This document shows positions 26,422-38,512 of a DNA stretch of 64,000 bases, piece by piece. Numbering within the stretch: position 1 is the stretch's first letter; every line of letters begins with the position of its first letter. The translations under genes and the position numbers were made by a program. The DNA lies in NCBI RefSeq assembly GCF_001194135.2, contig NC_068997.1, positions 9,768,077-9,832,076 of the forward strand, written 5' to 3'. This DNA is from Octopus bimaculoides. Its lineage: Eukaryota. The notes under the pieces were generated by a model. The model saw nothing but the letters and a program-made list of their open reading frames with translations. It was not told the DNA's origin and searched no databases.

Positions 26422-26968
26422 AGATTGATGGTGGTGTAAATTGATGGAAGTGTAGATTGATGGAAGTGTAGATTGGTGGAAATGTAGATTCATGGTGGCT
26501 TAGATTGATGAAAGTGTAGATTGATGGTGGTTTAGATTGATGGTTGTTTAGATTAATGAAAGTGTAGATTGATGGAAGTTTAGATTAATAGAAGTGAAGA
26601 TTAATAGTGGTTTAGATTGATGGAAGTGTAGATTGGTGGTTGTTTAGATTGATGGAAGTGTAGATTGAGGGTGTTTAGATTGATAGTGGTGTAGATTGAT
26701 GGTAATGCAGCTTGATAGTATTGTAGATTGATGGCGGTTTAGATTGATGGAAGTATAGACTGATAACAAAATAGATTGAAGGTGGTGCTTATTGATGGTG
26801 GTGTAGTAGAGTGATGGCAGTATAGATTGATGGCAGTGTAAATTTCTAGCAGCTGAGACTAATGGTGATGTAGACTGATGGCAATGTAGATTGACGGTGG
26901 TTTTTGACTGATAATAGTGTAGATTGATGCCAGAGTAGATGGATGGCAGTGTAGATGGATGGTGGTGT
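26422..26968. repeat. 16-bp minisatellite (GTGTAGATTGATGGAA-like), roughly 33 diverged units
   Basis: TAGATTGATGG core recurs at ~16-nt spacing. Confidence 0.9.
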
Positions 26969-27275
26969 GCATAGACTGACTTTATCAGAGTTTCCAGCGG
27001 AAGAATTTATATTGCGCAAATTAAATTGGAGACATAAACCATAAAATATTCTTTATGCTGTTCATGTCTCTTGGAGTGTGTAGCAACATTCAGATACGAA
27101 TGATCTTTCACTGCAGTTAATTTAAAGAGGAAATCAACTTCCCTGTATTACAGAAGTAACTATATTCTCTCTTTCTCTCTCTTCTACTTTCTCTGACTCC
27201 CTCTCACTATGTGTGTGTGTGTGTGTGTGTGTATATGTATGTGCATGCGTGTCTGAGTATGTGTGTGTGTGCATG

Positions 27276-27316
<41 letters not shown>

Positions 27317-27544
27317 ATGCATGCATAGGTGTATGTTAGTTTGAATGTGTGTATAGTGCATAAAGTTATGCTAGTATTCAGGAAGTTAGGAGCAGTGATC
27401 ATCAACAGACATTGATAGTAGTTAAGAAAGCAGAAGAGAAGACTGAAAATATATATCAAATGATATACATCTCTACAAGTTCTCTGTCTGCTGCTCTTCA
27501 AAGGGTTAGCAAATATTTCAAGTTGACATTAGTTCTGTTTTTCT

Positions 27545-29512
27545 GTTCCTTAACAGTATAGGGTAAACATAAACTGTTTATCTGGAAAGAAATTCCATTT
27601 GCTGCTCTCAGTGTAAACTATGGACACATAAGAGGTGCAATGGAATCACAGGTAGATTAAGAGATAAAGTCATCTTTTTATGTGACAGGTGTGCAGGAAC
27701 AATAAGCACTAAGAGCACACGAGAATTAGATTCTATCAAATGCCTAGGGGGCTCTCTTGATGTTGTAGACAGTTTCTGTTACCTAGGTGACCAAATTAGC
27801 AATGGTGGAGGATGCTCTGAAAGTATTGTTTCTAGAATAAGAATAGGTAATAGTTCAGAGAGCTATTACCTCTGTTGACAACAAAAGGACTCTCTCTCTC
27901 AGAGTGAAAGGTAGACTGCGTGATGCTTGTGTGCAAGCAGCTATACTCCATGGTAGTGAGACATGGGCTCTGAATGCAGAAGACATATGCAGACTGGAGA
28001 GAAATGAAGGTAATATGTAATAGGTACAACATCAGTGTACATGTATGACAAAATGCAAATGTATTGAGAGAAAAGTTGGGCAGAAGAGGAATCAAATGTA
28101 GCATACAAAAGAGAGGACTCTGCTGGTTTGGAGATGTGATGCGTATGAATGGCGATAGCTGTATAAAGTAATGCCGATCACTGAACGTGGATGGTATTCG
28201 TGGAAGAGGGAGATCCAGGAAGATGTGGGACGAAGTGGTGAGGACTGATCTCAGGATGTTGGACTTCACACAGGAAATTACCATGGACTGAGATGTCTGG
28301 CAATATGAGGTTCTTGAGTTCTAGAAGCATTGTGCGGCCCACCCACATTTAACAAGAAAACCTCTCACACACCCTACCACAACAAACCAAACTACAGCTC
28401 TACGTCACTTCTCTTCTTTACATTTCCATTTCATGCATTAGGCTTACCTCCCAATCCTGTCCCCTCAGCCCTGTACAACTGTATCATTGCTCTCTGCTAG
28501 CCCCTGACCTGTGTGTTCCACCCACATATCCTGTCTCACTGGTATCATTACTATCCACTAGCCCCCAACTTGTGTGTTCTACCCACACATAACAAGAAAA
28601 CTTTTCACACACCCTACCTCAACAGACTAATCTAACACATCTCTCCCCCACACTTCCTCCTTCATACACTGTCCCTAGCTCTCACTCCCCAATCCTATCC
28701 TCACAGCCCTGTTTCTCAGTATTATTGCTATCTGGTAGCACCGCCTCTATATATACCCAGGTTTTCACCACTCACGTCCTACTCCCCCTCCGTACTCTCT
28801 TTCACAATATACTGCCACTTATATTATGACATTCGAACCTCAAGGGTATGCCCTGGCACTTGCCACCATCTATATCTCTCTCTTCTTTTACTCAACCATT
28901 CCGTTTATGTTCTGATCCCTGTCCCTTGTTAGTATACCCGGCACTTTGCCACCATCTCACCATCTCTATCCTGCTGTCCCCACTCTCTCTCTCCTTCTCC
29001 TGCTCTTCCCTCAGGTTGGGTAACCATGTATTTCCTTTCCTGTTTTTGTTTTCATTCCTGATCTCCCCCCCAACCGGCTGAGTAACCTTGTTCCTCCTCT
29101 GCAGCAAGCTACCTGTTTCTGCCTAACTATAACCTTTCATCCTCTGACACAAAATCACCTCCTCCAATGCCCCCTCCCCTCTCAAAAGATTTTTTTTGCC
29201 TTGCAAGGTACTTGGTGACTCTGTCAGTGCAGGTGCCACTTAAAAAGCATTCAGTCAACACTGTAAAATGGTTGGCATTTGGAAGCGCATCCAGCTGTAA
29301 AACCCTTGCCAGAAGTGACCTCGCTTGTGCTTGTGTCACGTAAAAGTCCACTCTGCTGAGTGATTGGTATTAGGAAGGGCATCCAACTGTAAAAATTCTG
29401 CCAAAACAGTCACAGAAGTCTGGTGCAGGGTTTACCTGGCTAGCTCCTGTCAAATCATCCCATCCATGCTAGCATGGAAGGCGGATGTTAAACGATGATG
29501 ATGATGATGATG
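27545..29512 (+). mobile_element. RTE LINE 3' ~2 kb: ORF C-terminus, long C-rich 3' UTR, family A tail
   Basis: FCYLGDQISNGGGCSESIVSRIRIG..ILHGSETWALNAED..RGRSRKMWDEVVRTDL; 3' UTR has an internal ~245-bp duplication (28343 vs 28588); ends in (GAT)n at ~29510. Confidence 0.8.
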
Positions 29513-30756
29513 GTAAGCAAAAAATCGTCAAAAGTGAATAAATCTATTTAAAAATGGCTACACATTTTTTTAGATTCAGGTGCATTTTCAAATCCCCAAA
29601 CAAGTTTTATATTTTTTCTGCGTGGGAATACACCTCTTCTTTCCATATATATATATATATATTTATATATGTGTGCACGTGCATGTGTGTGTGTTTATAT
29701 ATGCACACCTATTTTAGCCTTCTCCTCAAGCCTTTCACTGTAAAATTAAATTCCAGTTATGATGTTAAATCTCTACTAAAAATAGAAGTTATTTTCTCTA
29801 AGTCACATCACATAAGTAAACTTGATGTATTTCAGAAACTAGTTTCAAACATGACATTCCTCAACAAAAGATAGATTGATATATAAAGCTGCTTTACACA
29901 CATTCTGCAATAAAAGGGTTAAGAGCTGTTTCTAAGTTCACCAAATTGCCATTACAGTTTCATCCAACAGTGGGAATTGAGCATTAATTAGAGGTCTTCT
30001 TCTTTCAGAGAAGTGAGGAAGCCATTGCATAAATAGGCAAACAGACCCGTTATGCAGTATAATGATTGTTTATTAGTAGGCACAGAGATTTCTTTAACTG
30101 GAGTTAAATGCAATGGATCAAAGTGCAATTTGTTAGGCTAATTTGATAATCCAGAATACAGATAGATTTAGCTGAAAATGTATGCTTGTTATTATTCTGT
30201 GTTATACTAGAAGTATGAATTTATATGCATTTTTATTATGTTCATCAATGATGTGACTACATATACTGATATCATCTCCATAGGTGTACATGCCTTTCAA
30301 CATGTTTTTATGAATACGATGGCCTATAGTTTTGTCAGAAACACGCAACCTTTATAAAGTGAAATCAATATGTTTAAACTGGAACAATTAACCAGTGACC
30401 TTGAATATTTTAAACACTTATACCATCAGAAAGCAGCATGATACAGTGATGTGTGTGATGTAAATTGATGGTTGTAACCGTTTTTGAAGACAAGACTCTT
30501 CTAGTTGACTAAATGATCTGAGTTGATCAGCAGCTAAGTACCTAACGATGTGAATTCGTTATTAGTGTCAGAGGAGCCAACTACTGACTTGTCAACATTA
30601 ATGACATGAATTAAGGTGACAAGGTGGCACAGTTGGTTGCACAACAGGCAAAATGCTGCAAAGTATTTCGTCTGTCCTTACGTTTTGAGTTCAAATTTCG
30701 CTGAGGTCAACTTTGCCGTTTTTCCTTTCAGGGATGATAAATTAAATACTGGTTGA

Positions 30757-30896
30757 GTTAGGAAGGGCATCCAGCTGTAGAAACTCTACCAGATTAGATT
30801 GGAGCCTGGTGCAGCCATCCGGTTTGCCAGTCCTCAGTCAAATCATCCAACCCATGCTAGCATGGAAGCGGATGTTAAACGATGATGATGATGATA
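30757..30896 (+). mobile_element. family A copy appended to a family D head
   Basis: ttaggaagggcatccagctgtagaaac..gatgatgat; preceded by family D sequence 30620-30750. Confidence 0.7.
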
Positions 30897-30912
30897 TATA
30901 TATATATATATA

Positions 30913-31797
30913 TGAGGTCTGGTCAATAAGTATCCAAACAGTTGCCATAGTAACGAAGCTAAAGCATACAGAGTGAAGCCGCTTGGCAAAGATTGACCTT
31001 GAACTCTGCTGTGCATGAAGAACTAAGTTTTAACGTTCCAGCTTACTTCAGCTGTTTACAGCAGTGCTTGGAAGGAAAGTGTGTAGTGTGTGATCATCAC
31101 ATTGACCATGACAGAGAAAGTTGTCATGGTGATACCTGCTCAGAGGCCAAAGCAAAGTTGCAGAAAGTGTATGGAGAGGGGTGTATGAGCCGCACACAAG
31201 TGTACGAGTGGTTCAGGCATTTCCAAGATGGCCGAAAAGAGTTGATATTGATGAATGTTCTGAGAGACCTATAACCAATAGAACTGAGAAAAACTTTGCA
31301 GATGTGCATGCAGCTGTAAAGGGAAATCATTGAATCACCAGCCGTGAGTTATCAAAGGATGTGCAGATTAGTTACGGCTCAGTTTAGTCCATTATCACTG
31401 AAGATTTGGGTTTGAGACATGGGTTTGCCAAGTTTGTGCTAAAATTGCTTTCAGCTGACCAAAAATATACTTGGGTTTCAGTTGCACAAAATCTCCTTGA
31501 TTGTATTGAGAATGAGGAAAACTTTTTGCAAACATTGTGCAGGCCTCTGAGCAGGTATCACCAAGCTTTTGGCCAAATTTGATGCAGATTCTCTGCTCAA
31601 CTTTCTCTGTCATGGTCAATGCGACAATCACACATTACACACCTTCCTTCCCAGCATTGCTGCAAACAGCCGATGTGAGCTAGAGTGTTAAAACTTAGTG
31701 CACATGCACAGCATGGTCAATTTGTGCCAAGCGGCTTCACTCTGTATGCTATAGCTACGTTACTATGGCAATGGTCCGGATACTTATTGATCAGACC
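30913..31797. mobile_element. mariner-derived fold-back element (two transposase 5' ends in inverted orientation)
   Basis: TA|TGAGGTCTGGTCAATAAGTATCC left end; right end GGATACTTATTGATCAGACC; + strand MSRTQVYEWFRHFQDGR (mariner HTH); - strand MTEKVEQRICIKFGQKLGDTCSEA. Confidence 0.85.
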
Positions 31798-32178
31798 ACA
31801 CACACACACACATGCACATTAAGAAAAAGGAGGATTTTGGATAAAATTTTATCCTAAATTCTGACTACCTCCTGATAGCGCTCTAGCTTGCCAGCTCTGG
31901 TCAAACCGTTCAACCCATGCCAGCATGGACAACAGATGTTAAATGATGATGATAAAATCTGTGCACCACTTCAAACAATCTATGCATGCATACATGATAC
32001 ATACATACATTTATTCATTCATTCTTTTCTTTTCTACTCTGCTAATTGTTTACATAATGCAGAACTAATGAAGTGGGTTGCAAGTTCAATTCCTTTTAGG
32101 GATGAAAACATACAACCATGTTTATTATCTTTGTTTTCTGTAATAAACTTGACTGTAATTATATATATATATATATAT

Positions 32179-32348
32179 AAGCACCCACTACACTCTCTGA
32201 GTGGTTGGCGTTAGGAAGGGCATCCAGCTGTAGAAACTCTGCCAAATTAGATTGGAGCCTGGTGTTGCCATCCGGTTTCACCAGTCCTCAGTCAAATCGT
32301 CCAACCCCTGCTAGCATGGAAAGCGGACGTTAAACGATAATGATGATG

Positions 32349-32350
<2 letters not shown>
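32179..32350 (+). mobile_element. 5'-truncated family A copy inside a (TA)n tract
   Basis: (AT)n on both sides; intact CpGs. Confidence 0.8.
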
Positions 32351-32383
<33 letters not shown>

Positions 32384-32580
32384 GTATGATGTCCAACACG
32401 TAGTAGTGCACTTGATCTCTTTAGAGAATAAAGATATTCTTATTAATAAGAAGCACAGGAAAAACCTGGTGAAAGCAACTTGAAAAACATCAAGAGAAAA
32501 TCAATATTCCAGCCAGGAAACCCAGGGTGGCTGGATTTCATTAAGATTTTTTTGTGTGTTTGCTGTTGTTGTTGTTGTTG

Positions 32581-32663
<83 letters not shown>

Positions 32664-33565
32664 GGTGATTATATACTTGAAGAAGAAATAATCTGAATGA
32701 GGAATTACGAAGTAAATCTAATTAGAAATAGGTCCTCCACAAAAAATGTGGTAATAGATCTGCTGAATTAAGCATGAAACTGTATATTAGAGTAAAAAAA
32801 ACCAAAAAAAAAAACCCCATCAAGGACATGTCATTTCAATTATGTTCACAAAAAGAGACTCAATGAAAGAATGAAAGAAAGTCTAAATTATGTTCAGTAA
32901 TATATGATGCACTGCACAATAAATATGGGAAACATTTGACATGTATATTATAAAGGTGTATTGCAAATATGTATATGTTTGTACAAGAAAATTGTAATAT
33001 ATTTTATATGGGAACTCGTTTATATTAACCATAAGAATTATAAGCAGTGAATGCATATTGGATAAAATTTCTATGTTGTGATGCAAGTATGTCTCAACAT
33101 AACTGCTTTATATTATAAGACATATATTTATATCATATGTTGGGGGAATGCATGTTATATTGACTATTGATATTATATATTACTTTTGATAAAGGAACTG
33201 TGATCAGAGTGTAGCTGGGCAATAGATATGTCATAACAATTGCATATCAGACATAGGGAATGTATGTTATGCCAGTGTATTTATTAAATACTGGGTTTAG
33301 CTCATTTATTTTACAATGCTGTTATTTATGATGTCATGAGTATGGAAGTACATATATATGCCTGTGCCTGGAAAAGCGTTGCACATAGGCAATGCTACAC
33401 TTTAAACATGATTCACCTTCAGCTTGCTAAAGGTTAAAGTAGAAGGCTAAATGTGACAAGTAGTTAGTAGAGGGAGGTAAAGAAGCAGTAGGTTTACATA
33501 ATAATATAGCCTTTATTTACGTTATTTACATTGGACGGATATGTGTCCTCATCTTGTTTGTTGTT

Positions 33566-33612
33566 ACCACAATGTTTCGGCTGATTTACTCTCCAGCCTT
33601 CATCAGGTGTCC
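33566..33612 (-). ncRNA. minimal type I hammerhead ribozyme motif, copy 1
   Basis: Minus: GGACAC-CUGAUGA-A-GGCUG(GAGAGUAAAU)CAGCC-GAAA-CAUU-GUGGU. Confidence 0.65.
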
Positions 33613-33830
33613 TGGTGGAATTTTGAACCCAACACTAGGTTCTCAATCCTAAGGCATTTTTTTGCTGCTGTTGTTGTCGTTATTGTTATTATTATTATTA
33701 TTATTTATTCACATTGAAGTCTAATTCTGGCTCTGTACCGATTAGATAATACTGCTTTTTATTTTAGAAATGAGGAATTCTGTACATTATTTACATTGGA
33801 CGGATATGTGTCCTCATCTTGTTTGCCGTT

Positions 33831-33874
33831 AACACGTTTTGGCTGATTTACTCTCCAGCCTTCATCAGGTGTCC
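33831..33874 (-). ncRNA. minimal hammerhead motif, copy 2 (GAAA mutated to AAAA)
   Basis: Minus: GGACAC-CUGAUGA-A-GGCUG..CAGCC-AAAA-CGUGUU. Confidence 0.5.
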
Positions 33875-34284
33875 TGGTAGAATTTTGTAGAAATAAGGTA
33901 TGGAATTCCTCATCTCTAAGATATAGAACAGCATAATATATACTGTATATTCCAGCATATAAGACACACTTTTTAAATCTTAATGTATGTGTTTACCTCA
34001 AAAGAAGAATGCAAAGGAAATTATAGGTGTTACATCTGAGTTTCCCTTCTCCTTGGGAAAAGTCTAAACAAAGACCAGGAACCTCTCACTCCCATCTTTT
34101 GAATAGCTGTTGATCCCGCTAAGTTCTTCTGTTTTTTGACAGGTCTTGTTTTTCATCCTGTGGGGTTTCCAATGAAAATCACCTTCCTTATGAAAGGCTT
34201 GGTAGGGTTCTTGATTTAGTTGCCAGTGGCCTGACCATGTGACATACATGCATACATGAGTGGGGGTCATGTACCTGTGAGGAT

Positions 34285-34490
34285 GGTGAGCTGGCAGAAT
34301 CATTAGCACACGGACAGAATGCTTAATGACATTTCATCCGTCTTTATGTTCTGAGTTCAAATTCTGCAGAAGTCGACTTTGCTTTACATTTTCTTTTTGG
34401 GGTCAGTGAAATAAGTTGAGCTCTGGGGGCTATGTAATTGACTAGACTCTCCCTCAAAATTTCAGGCATTGGTATTGAAAAGCATATAGG
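34285..34490 (+). mobile_element. SINE family D
   Basis: ggtgagctggcagaatcattagcac..ttctgagttcaaattctgc..gtcgactttgc. Confidence 0.7.
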
Positions 34491-35105
34491 ATCTAACATT
34501 AAAAAATATAAAATTAATTGAAGAAGCAATGTTCGTTTAAAATAGGGATATTTTCTTTCAATTTATAATGAATTATTTTGAACAATTAAATGGAATTAAT
34601 TTTTAATTCTTTCTCAAATTTCATTTAAAAGAAATCTCAGAGGAAAACTATTTTGTTTCTATTATTTTCAAGTTAAGGTTGAAAAAAAAAAACAAAAGAC
34701 ATTTTGAATTATTCTCTATATACATGTACTTATAGATGGGTTAAGGACCTAAAGAAAGAAATCCCCAAAAGCAAAGAAAATATAAGAAAACAAGAAGCAA
34801 TTGAATGCCTTCAATTGACAATAAATTATTTTGAACAATTACCTAGAATTATTTCTTAAAATTAACAAAAAAGAAAAAAATGACAAACCTACAGTTAGAA
34901 ATACTGTAATTCTTTTCTTTTTTTCTCATTAATATCTTAAATTTCATTTCTTTTTTCGTGCATGTTTTTTTAACTAAATAGTAATTTTCAATTTTATTTT
35001 TTTTGCTTCAGATATATCAATTAATATGAAAATTCATTTTTTCTCCTAAATATGAATTTCTTATTTATTTTCTCACGTTTTCTTTTTTTTATTCTAATTT
35101 TGCAG

Positions 35106-35123
35106 CCTGATGATAGAGGAACA
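35106..35123 (+). CDS. AARSD1: AARSD1 18-nt micro-exon (PDDRGT)
   Basis: Long pyrimidine tract, ttttgcag|CCT GAT GAT AGA GGA ACA|gtaagt, phase 0/0. It gives exactly the residues that follow EGGGQ in AARSD1 (PDDRGT) and joins in frame with exon 1660-1788. Confidence 0.87.
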
Positions 35124-35230
35124 GTAAGTACATTTGAAATTTGATACTGTCATGCATGCATACATTATTAACACCAGATAAAATTTAATTTTTAAAAGTA
35201 AATTTTTTTACTAACCAATGAATATAAACT

Positions 35231-35280
<50 letters not shown>

Positions 35281-36164
35281 GTTCTCCTGAAGGACCGCTG
35301 TGGATCTGCATTCTAATGTGCTATGAACACCCGCTGCAGAGGATGCAAATTACCACAATAGTGAAAAGTGCATAGGGAACAAATGGCATAAACTGCATCT
35401 TGTGTTTATCATACTTTTTTGGGGGATGGTCACCTTTTACCACTTAAACGCACACACTATCTTTTTGATGTATTATTTTCAGGTTAAGGTTGAAAAAAAA
35501 AAAATAACAGTGGGATTGAACCTGGAAGTAAGTGGTTGGGAAGCAAGCTTCTTACCATACAGCCAAGTTTAATCTTCTGTCTAATAACAGTTGATATGAA
35601 TGCTGGTTGGCTGGTTTCTTGATTTCTCCACTCACACTTAGAAAGAAGCTGGCAGAGAGAATAAAATTGAGATACAGAACAAATGAATAGAAGAGAAGTA
35701 GGATGAGTGCATTAATGAGACATGGTGGAAGACAATGCTAATTCTGAAAAAAAAATACACATTTTTTAATATGAAATTTTGCAGAGTTAGGCTTTTGTTG
35801 GAATAGATTGCGATTAAGCTGATAATATTTAGAAAAGTAAAAATGTACATTCATTGCAAATTTACAAATGAGAAATTTGTTTTACTTAATTTTATTTTAA
35901 AGTAATAGGCATTTTTCTTTTGAAAATTAGTATTCATTTCATAATTCTGTGTAAGCACCAAGAAATTTGATAAAAGTTAAGTTATAATTATTGTTGTATA
36001 TGAGCCATATTTCCTGATGTTACCCATGATGGCAAAAGTATACATCAAAAGTTTACCTGTCATATCACATGTAACATTCTTGTATATAGGCATACATTCA
36101 TATATGTGTGTGTGTATACATATACACACACACATATACACACCTATTATACACACACATGCAC

Positions 36165-36215
<51 letters not shown>

Positions 36216-36225
36216 NNNNNNNNNN

Positions 36226-36271
<46 letters not shown>

Positions 36272-36792
36272 AATATATGAGTATATGCATATATATGTAC
36301 ATGTATGTATATACTTTCATCTACATGTACATATAGATACATAACTGGGTACATGACGTGGCAAAAGAACAAGGACAAAATGGTAAACAAGGTGCAACAA
36401 ACAAGCAGGCCACATAGAAACATCCCCTTCATATTTATAAAAAAGAAGTTTGAAAACGCCAATATATAAAAAATGAATTTTAATTTAAAATTTTGTCAGA
36501 TATTTTTAACATGCTTTATTTCTTGTAAAAACGAACCTTATCAAAAATACATGTTTAAAAAAATGAAATTAAATGAAGAGTTCATAATTGTTCCTAACTG
36601 GTGTCAATAGTCCATGTGGGGGCATTTTTCGTTGGTTGTAGTAGTAGTAGTGACCGTGTCGGTAATGGTAAATGGCAGTGACCTCTGTCCGTGTCAGTAG
36701 TAGTAGTTAATTGGTTGTAGTGGTAGGGGTGGAAGTAGCACAAGCAGCAGCAGCAGCAGCTGTAGTAGTGACCGAAATATATACATACACAC

Positions 36793-36844
<52 letters not shown>

Positions 36845-38046
36845 TCATATCTACACACACACACACACACACACGGTGATTGCTCTATCATCGCAGAGAA
36901 TTAGTGTCTCCTTGTGCTTCTTCATTGTCAATGGCATTTCCAGCTATCCAGCCATGACCTCTCACATTACTACTCAGTCTCGTTGCAGATCTGCATGGTT
37001 TGTAGAATAGGCGACAGACAAAAATTGTAACTTCTTGTGTGCTTCCAGCTGGTTCAGCTTATACATGTTGCCACTCTTCCATTGCTATGGAACTTTCAGT
37101 AGACGGAGTCACAAAAGAGATCACTATAAAGAATCATCTGTATGTCTTTGGATTATAGAGATGATAAACAATTGTACAGCACAAGAACCACTCTCTGAGC
37201 CTTTGTGATTAGTACCTTGTGACAGACCAAAATGTGATAACTGGCAATCATGTGAATCCACAGGTTTTACATCAGAGTGTCTCTCTCCTAGAAGGATGCT
37301 GTGATAAGAGCTGGGGATCCCCCCTGTCAATGGTTTTTACTGTGCTCCATCACACCGATCAGAGGTATTTCTGTATCCCCACACTCAGATGCAATATTGT
37401 CATATGTGGCTATTTAACCTATGACTAGGACTTTCACAGGTGCTACTGCCCCAGGTCAGAGTAGATCTGAGGACAGTAGTGGCTAAGAAGTGGTTCCGAG
37501 CTCCACAATACCCTGGAATTCCCAAACTAGAGCACCCCCCACCACATGTACATGTAAATAAAAATATATTTCCTTCTTGAGCCATGTCAAGCTCATGAGG
37601 ACCGGTTTCCTGGTTTCAATGGTATGTATATTCCTCATGCTGAACCGCTGGCTGAACTCTACACGGTTTTTTCAGTCTCTCTCTCTGTTTATTTTCTCTT
37701 ATTCCTTTCTGCCGAAGAGCACAGGCTCAAAATGTAAAAGACTTTTTCACTTTCCCGAGCTTCAAACTAATACACCTGCTTGTTGTTCATACACCTGTCT
37801 TTGTATTTCGTTTTTCTATAAATTCCAACTCTATATTCCTCACCTGGACAGGACGCCGGTCCGTTGCAGGATTTACTCATTTTTGCCAGCTGAGTGGACT
37901 GGAGCAATGGGAAATAAAATGTTTTCCTAAAGAACACAACACATCGCCCAGTTCAGGAATTGAAACCACAATCTTACGATCATGAGTCCACCACCCTAAC
38001 CATTAGGCGATACATCTCCACACATGTATTGATACATATTGGTTGG

Positions 38047-38512
38047 TTGGCACTCCATTGGTTACGACGACGAGGGTTCCAGTTGATCCGATCAATGGAA
38101 CAGCTTGCTCGTGAAATTAACGTGCAAGTGGCTGAGCTCTCCACAGACACGTGTACCCTTAATGTAGGTCTCAGGGATATTCANNNNNNNNNNGCTCGTG
38201 AAATTAACGTGCAAGTGGCTGAGCTCTCCACAGACACGTGTACCCTTAATGTAGGTCTCAGGGATATTCAGCGTGGCACAGTGTGACAAGGCTGACCCTT
38301 TGAATTACAGGCACAAGAGAAACAGGAAGTATGAATGAGAGAAAGTTGTGGTGAAAGAGTACAGCAGGGTTCACCACCATCCCCTGCTGGTGCCTTGTGG
38401 AACTTTAGGTGTTTTCACTCAATAAACACTCACAACACCCAGTCTGGGAATTGAAACCGCGATCCTATGGCCGTGAGTCCGCTGCCCTAACCACTGGGCC
38501 ATTGCGCCTCCA
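38047..38512 (-). mobile_element. tRNA-derived SINE family B
   Basis: Head GGAGGCGCAATGGCCCAGTGGTTAGGGCAGCGGACTC..GGTTTCAATTCC with A/B-box-like motifs; matches 324-698. Confidence 0.85.

Larger units (their letters stand above)
33512..33935 (-). mobile_element. Penelope-like pseudo-LTR remnant: direct repeat plus short inverted segment
   Basis: ~33521-33625 repeats at ~33786-33887; 33748-33785 is inverted at ~33897-33937; carries hammerhead core motifs. Confidence 0.65.
1789..35105 (+). other. AARSD1: ~33.3 kb GT-AG intron of AARSD1
   Basis: GT at 1789, AG at 35104-35105; no intervening AlaX-like coding sequence is needed to join the flanking exons. Confidence 0.8.

Noticed and set aside
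38106-38270. ~77-bp direct repeat inside the family B SINE
   Set aside because: Flanks an 11-N gap; unmerged contig overlap.
38440-38512. tRNA gene
   Set aside because: tRNA-like head continues into a SINE body present twice in the window.
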